In this document: piece after piece, positions 60,187 to 64,000 of the stretch
How positions within the stretch are numbered: the stretch's first letter is position 1
How the letters are laid out: each line of letters opens with the position of its first letter
Source of the DNA: Acidimicrobiales bacterium
GTDB taxonomy: Bacteria; Actinomycetota; Acidimicrobiia; Acidimicrobiales; RAAP-2
NCBI GenBank assembly: GCA_036264255.1
Contig: DATARI010000132.1
Location: 2,775 to 66,774 of the forward strand
Reading direction: 5' to 3'
Length of the DNA stretch: 64,000 bases
Program-made: the position numbers and the translations under genes
The notes under the pieces: model-generated
What the model saw: the letters and a program-made list of their open reading frames with translations, nothing else
What the model was told of the DNA's origin: nothing
The model's database searches: none

Positions 60187-60885
60187 TCAGCCGGTCTCGA
60201 GTCGGTCGGACGAGTCGTCGCTGTCTTCGGAGTCGTCGGTGTCCATCCGCAGGACCAGGCGACAGCCGGCCCGGCGGGCATCCTTCGCCTCCAGGCGATC
60301 GACCCTCAACCCGACGAGCCCGTCAGCCAGGCCCTCGGCCTGACCGAGGTGGAGCTGGCAGACCGTCTCGGGGTCGGCGAGGGCGACGTCTTCGAACGGA
60401 CAGCGCTGGAACACGAAGTGGACCTGGTGGGGGCGCTGGGTTCGGACCGGCCGAAAGCCGCGCCGGGTCATCTCCTCTTCCATGAGGTCGAGTCGATCCC
60501 CGGAGCCGGCCAGCTCCCCGGCCCGCCGATGCCCGTCCTCCCGGCCGATCTGGCGGGGATCGACCCGGTTGCGGACGGCGTCGCTCAGGAGGCGGGCCAG
60601 CCAGGCATAGGGGCCAGGAGTACCCCACCGGCCGGCGGCTTCGGGGTGCAGGCGGTACAACAGCCGGGGTCGGCCAGGCCGCCGGCGGACCTCGACGTCC
60701 TCCACCACCAACCGCGCCTCCTTCAGCACCGCCAGGTGCTGGCGAACCGCGTTGTGGTTGAGGTGGACATGCTCGGTGAGGTCCGCCACTCCGACCGGGT
60801 CCGGTGCGACGAGGATGTAGCGGAACAGGCGGTGGCGGGTCGGGTCACCGAGGGCACGGGCCTCGCGCTGCACCTCGTCATCCAT
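60187..60885 (-). CDS. ArsR-type winged-helix regulator, COG2345-like, with acidic C-terminal tail
   Basis: LGDPTRHRLFRYI...VADLTEHVHLNHNAVRQHLAVLKEARLV...GRPRLLY, with C-terminal CPFED...VCQLHLG and tail DTDDSEDSDDSSD. Same architecture as the 17345-18130 protein. Trimmed to ATG 60885. Confidence 0.75.
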   Translation of the reverse strand: MDDEVQREARALGDPTRHRLFRYILVAPDPVGVADLTEHVHLNHNAVRQHLAVLKEARLVVEDVEVRRRPGRPRLLYRLHPEAAGRWGTPGPYAWLARLLSDAVRNRVDPRQIGREDGHRRAGELAGSGDRLDLMEEEMTRRGFRPVRTQRPHQVHFVFQRCPFEDVALADPETVCQLHLGQAEGLADGLVGLRVDRLEAKDARRAGCRLVLRMDTDDSEDSDDSSDRLETG

Positions 60886-60941
60886 CGCCGGGTCCTTCCT
60901 CCAAACGAACTTCGGTTTCCTACCGGAATAACACAAAATTC

Positions 60942-60975
60942 GGCGCTCGAGGCCCAATGGCGCTCGAGGCCCAAT
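60942..60975. repeat. Exact tandem duplication of a 17-mer
   Basis: GGCGCTCGAGGCCCAAT occurs twice, head to tail, 57-90 nt upstream of the regulator start at 60885. Confidence 0.9.
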
Positions 60976-61022
60976 TCGGCCTATTCGTCTGGAGGAATCC
61001 CCCCCGGTGTCCGGGTATCGGC

Positions 61023-61066
61023 GGTAATGCATGGACCCGACCCCGCGGTCGGGTCCATGCATTACC
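61023..61066. repeat. Perfect inverted repeat with 20-nt arms and a 4-nt spacer (candidate U-tract-less terminator or operator)
   Basis: GGTAATGCATGGACCCGACC-CCGC-GGTCGGGTCCATGCATTACC. It lies 18 nt downstream of the repeat-protein stop and about 140 nt upstream of the regulator start. Confidence 0.9.
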
Positions 61067-61084
61067 CGCCAGGGTTTGGTGAGG

Positions 61085-62938
61085 TCAGATCGCCGCCATG
61101 CCGACGATCGGCTGGTTGAGCCGGGTGCCACCCATCGAGCCCAGGAAGGGAGCGCCGAATGAGAAGATCCCCCCGTCGGACGCCACCATCCAGTAGCCGC
61201 CACCGTCCGGGGTGGAGGCCATGCCGACGATCGGCCGGTTGAGCCGGGTGCCACCCATCGAGCCCAGGAAGGGAGCGCCGAACGAGAAGATCCCGCCATC
61301 GGAGGCCACCATCCAATAACCGCCTCCGTAGGGCGTCGAGGCCATCCCCACGATCGGCTGGTTGAGCGGTGTCCCGCCCATCGATCCGAGGAACGAGGCG
61401 TCCCCAAACGAGAAGATGCCGCCGTCGGACGCCACCATCCAATAACCGCCCCCGTCCGGAGTGGCGGCGATGCCCACGATCGGCCGGTTCAAGCGGTTCC
61501 CGCCCATCGAGCCAGAGAACTTGGCCGTGCCGAACGAGAAGATGCCGCCGTCGGCCGCCACCAACCAGTAGCCCTTGCCGTCAGGGGTGGCGGCCATCCC
61601 CACGATCGGCTGGTTGAGCGACGCTCCTCCCATCGACCCGAGGAACGAGGCATCCCCGAACGCGAAGATCCCTCCGTCGGAGGCCACCTGCCAGTACCCG
61701 CCCCCATCCGGGGTGGCGGCGGTGCCCACGATCGGCTTGTTGAGGGGCTTGCCTCCGGTCGAGCCGAGGAAGGGAGTGGCCCCGAAGTTGAAGACTCCGC
61801 CGTCAGCTGCGGTCAACTCGTAACCGTTGGCCGGGACGAAGAGGAGGCCCTTCGGGCTCCCGAAGGTGTTGGTGAAAGGGGTGATCTTCCCGGTGGTCAG
61901 GTCGAGGGTGCCGACCAGCGGGTTGCTGTTGTCGCTCGGCTCGCCGACGAACACTGTCCCGGCCGGCCACCCGGTGGTGTCGAGTGCCTGGATCTTGTTT
62001 CCCTTGGCGTCGACGACGAAGAGGGTTCCCTTGTTGGTCGTCGCCACCGCCAGACCGTCGATCGGCGGGGTGTTCCCCGACTTGTTGTCCGTGAGGTTGA
62101 GCACGGTCAGCCGGGGAACGCCGGTGTTGTTGGCCGAAAAGGTGATTTGGCCGTCGGCTTGGCTGACGGTGGCCAACTGGCCCCCGAATCGGGGGGCGGT
62201 CGCCGGCATCGGCAGATTGCTGTCGGGATCGGTCAGCGCCAGGGTGGCGGAACCACCGGTCACCGCGTCGGTGGCGGTGCTGTTGTCGAAGTAGCCGGGG
62301 GTGAGATGCGCGGTGCGGGTGGTGCTGTCCAGGGTCACCGAATAGTCGGCGGCCTGGGTGGTGTCCTTGGGGTTGGAGTGGGTGACGTAGATCTGGCTGC
62401 CGATCACCGCGATGCTGTCGGTCCCGCCGGCTCCGGCGGTGGACGGGTCCGGACTGTAGGCGTAGTTGACCACCGTGCCCGCCGACGGATCGATCACGAA
62501 CATCGAGGAGTTGGCGTCCTCGTTGGTGGTGGCGATGAGGACGTGGAGCAACGGGTCGCCGGTCAGGCCGTCGACGTGCCCGGCCAGTGTGAAGGTCTTG
62601 ACCAGGGCCCCGGTAGTGGCGTCGTAGCCCGCCACCGTGCTGTTGGTCGCCCCGCCCGGACCCGGCGTCCCGTCAGGGTTGACCCCGTTCTGGTATTCGG
62701 TCCAGATCACCGGCAGGCCCCCGTCGACGCCGGGAGTGGCGAAGTTGGTGATGTCGTCCGGTCCCGACGCCCCGGCCGGCGGTGCGGGGATCAGGGTGGT
62801 GCTCGGGAGCGTCGCCGGGCCCGGAGCAATGGCCGGACGGGCGGCGGCCGTCCCGGTGGAGGCGAGGAGGGTGCCGGCGCCAAGGGCGGCGATGGCCACC
62901 AGGACCACGATTGGACGCGCCAGACGGAGACTCTTCAT
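61085..62938 (-). CDS. Secreted protein: N-terminal beta-rich domain plus six C-terminal 41-42-aa repeats (probable beta-propeller)
   Basis: Signal peptide [33 protein letters not shown] from ATG 62938. The C-terminal repeats have consensus [42 protein letters not shown]. Confidence 0.8.
   Translation of the reverse strand: MKSLRLARPIVVLVAIAALGAGTLLASTGTAAARPAIAPGPATLPSTTLIPAPPAGASGPDDITNFATPGVDGGLPVIWTEYQNGVNPDGTPGPGGATNSTVAGYDATTGALVKTFTLAGHVDGLTGDPLLHVLIATTNEDANSSMFVIDPSAGTVVNYAYSPDPSTAGAGGTDSIAVIGSQIYVTHSNPKDTTQAADYSVTLDSTTRTAHLTPGYFDNSTATDAVTGGSATLALTDPDSNLPMPATAPRFGGQLATVSQADGQITFSANNTGVPRLTVLNLTDNKSGNTPPIDGLAVATTNKGTLFVVDAKGNKIQALDTTGWPAGTVFVGEPSDNSNPLVGTLDLTTGKITPFTNTFGSPKGLLFVPANGYELTAADGGVFNFGATPFLGSTGGKPLNKPIVGTAATPDGGGYWQVASDGGIFAFGDASFLGSMGGASLNQPIVGMAATPDGKGYWLVAADGGIFSFGTAKFSGSMGGNRLNRPIVGIAATPDGGGYWMVASDGGIFSFGDASFLGSMGGTPLNQPIVGMASTPYGGGYWMVASDGGIFSFGAPFLGSMGGTRLNRPIVGMASTPDGGGYWMVASDGGIFSFGAPFLGSMGGTRLNQPIVGMAAI
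61088..61825 (-). repeat. Six tandem coding repeats of about 123-126 nt
   Basis: Units start at protein residues about 385, 427, 469, 511, 553 and 594. The units at 61097-61219 and 61220-61342 differ at only 2 of their first 75 nt. Confidence 0.85.
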
Positions 62939-63010
62939 GAAGATGTGCCTTTCCTCGAAGCTCGGATGCGGCGACATCGATCCCGGTTCGGACCGCCCGC
63001 GTTTCCATCC

Positions 63011-63077
63011 TTGCGAAGGAATTCCTGATCGACAAGGTAGTTTGCGAGAAATTACTTACTGTTTGCCTTGCGATTCC
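63011..63077. promoter_or_regulatory. Three spaced TTGCGA-containing motifs in the AT-richer upstream region of the repeat-protein gene
   Basis: TTGCGAAGGAATT (63011), TTGCGAGAAATT (63042) and TTGCGATTCC (63068), spaced 31 and 26 nt apart. Their function is not established. Confidence 0.3.
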
Positions 63078-63162
63078 CTGGCGATCACCCAGACGTTTCC
63101 CTCCGTTCACGCAATACCGCGCAGGGTGTGCACGAACAGTGGTCTTCGGCCGGGAGATCGAG

Positions 63163-63639
63163 TCAGGGCACGGCCAGGCGCAGCGCCAGCGCCACCGCCT
63201 CGGCCGGATCCTCCCTCGGCAGGATCCGGGTGTCCGGCTCGCCATCGGGCCGGGTCACCGACCAGGTCCCGACCCCGACCACGGGAGTACCGGCCCGAAG
63301 GGCCAAGGCAATCTCCGAGAGGGTGCCGTACTCCCCGTCGACCGCGATCACCGCGGCCGCCGAAGCCACCACCAGGGCATTGCGGGCTTCGCCGAGACCG
63401 GTGGGGATGACGACGTCGACCCAAGGATTGGCGGCCGATGCGTCGCGGCCCGGAAGGATCCCGACGGTGGTCCCACCCGCCGACCGGGCGCCCCGGCAGG
63501 CCGCCGCCATCACCCCTCCGAGCCCGCCGCAGACCACGATGGCTCCGGCCGATGCGAGCCCGGCTCCGATGGCTTCGGCGGCCGCCAGGACGGGGGCGGT
63601 TGCCTCGGACCCGCCGATGACTGCGATCTGGATGGCCAT
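63163..63639 (-). CDS. TIGR00725/LOG-like Rossmann-fold protein
   Basis: IAVIGGSEA..., VVCGGLGGVMAAACRGA, and DGEYGTLSEIALAL (PGGxGTxxE-like). Trimmed to ATG 63639. Confidence 0.8.
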   Translation of the reverse strand: MAIQIAVIGGSEATAPVLAAAEAIGAGLASAGAIVVCGGLGGVMAAACRGARSAGGTTVGILPGRDASAANPWVDVVIPTGLGEARNALVVASAAAVIAVDGEYGTLSEIALALRAGTPVVGVGTWSVTRPDGEPDTRILPREDPAEAVALALRLAVP

Positions 63640-63767
63640 AGTCGACGTCAGCGTAGGCCGACAACGCTCGGTCTTCCGGGCCGGGCGGGGCACCGTGCCG
63701 ACCTTCCTCTATGGGACATCCCGGAGAGGTGGCCTACCATCCGACCCTCTATTCGGGAGCCGCCGCC

Positions 63768-63804
63768 TGTCGGCGACATCGCCCCTTGTCGGCGACATCG
63801 CCCC
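63768..63804. repeat. Exact 18-nt direct repeat with a 19-nt period
   Basis: TGTCGGCGACATCGCCCC occurs at 63768-63785 and again at 63787-63804. Confidence 0.85.
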
Positions 63805-63899
63805 GCGGGCAGTTCTGGGATTGGCAGGGGGACACCGAGGTCGTCCTGGCCGAGCAGCCCGGCTCGAACTCGGAGGTCCAACGAGTTGGACGATCACAA

Positions 63900-63974
63900 T
63901 GGCGCCCTCGGCAGGAATTGAACCTGCGCACATGGCTTCGGAGGCCAATGCTCTATCCGCTGAGCTACGAGGGC
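63900..63974 (-). tRNA. tRNA-Arg (anticodon CCG), CCA encoded
   Basis: The reverse complement reads GCCCTCG-TA-GCTC-AGCGGATA-GAGC-A-TTGGC-CTCCGAA-GCCAT-...-GCAGG-TTCAATT-CCTGC-CGAGGGC-G-CCA. This gives a cloverleaf with a 7-bp acceptor stem, a T-loop TTCAATT and anticodon CCG. Confidence 0.9.
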
Positions 63975-64000
63975 AGCTGGTGGGCACAATCAGGCCGGAT

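Noticed and set aside
61062-61442. 126-aa and other alternate-frame ORFs within the terminal repeats (61062-61442, 61369-61617, 61489-61707)
   Set aside because: They are out-of-frame or antisense readings of the same repeat DNA. Only the 61085-62938 frame gives a signal peptide plus a continuous conserved repeat consensus.
61088-61825. Regular ~123-nt repeats (and the 27-nt repeats at 56477-56719) considered as possible CRISPR or satellite arrays
   Set aside because: The repeats are contiguous with no unique spacers. They are in frame within long ORFs and conserved at the protein level. These are coding tandem repeats, not CRISPR.
63855-63895. GGCTCGAACTCGG segment next to tRNA-Arg that resembles a T-arm, considered as a possible second or partial tRNA
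   Set aside because: I could not fold a T-stem, acceptor stem or anticodon arm around it. It probably forms only the short hairpin downstream of the tRNA.
57500-63974. Possible genomic island anchored at tRNA-Arg (SDR/TetR, Smr, alkB, regulator, repeat protein, LOG-like gene, AT-richer spacers)
   Set aside because: No integrase, recombinase, transposase or phage/conjugation gene is present, and I could not find a repeat of the tRNA 3' end. The gene content is plausible core or accessory chromosome. It is kept only as a low-interest note.

Overview
This is a 64-kb, very GC-rich, densely coding chromosomal segment. It carries actinobacterial hallmarks: a WhiB-family regulator next to a PdtaS-type kinase, a mycothiol-type formaldehyde dehydrogenase with an MBL hydrolase, DUF3107 with paired ArsA-like ATPases, and the SCO1664/DUF3090/MSMEG_4193-type triad. 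I call about 70 CDS, one tRNA-Arg(CCG), and a few repeats, hairpins and one regulatory palindrome. I saw no rRNA, CRISPR array, transposase, integrase or phage genes. Most content is housekeeping: gmd, etfBA, acnA, thiC, two bcp-type peroxiredoxins, fpg/nei, alkB, dgt, cfa, a DEAD-box helicase, ABC exporters, and TetR/MarR/ArsR-type regulators. Four things deserve a second look. (1) A complete, translationally coupled System I cytochrome c maturation operon (ccdA-ccmABCDEFGH) sits in a lineage expected to use System II. (2) A protein built from nine consecutive nonapeptide repeats is translationally coupled to an RDD membrane protein. (3) The function-unknown actinobacterial kinase-like/DUF3090/phosphomutase triad lies directly downstream of an FrhB-like Fe-S flavoprotein. 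(4) A tRNA-proximal segment holds a secreted protein with six repeats of 41-42 aa, a perfect 20-bp-arm palindrome and exact tandem 17-mers. None of these is demonstrably a new system from sequence alone. Start codons were refined by hand. The ORF track shows GTG/TTG starts as M, and many 4-nt GTGA/ATGA overlaps indicate operons. Many long ORFs in the track are antisense or alternate-frame artefacts of high GC and were rejected. All family assignments come from reading motifs and from memory of the families, not from database searches.
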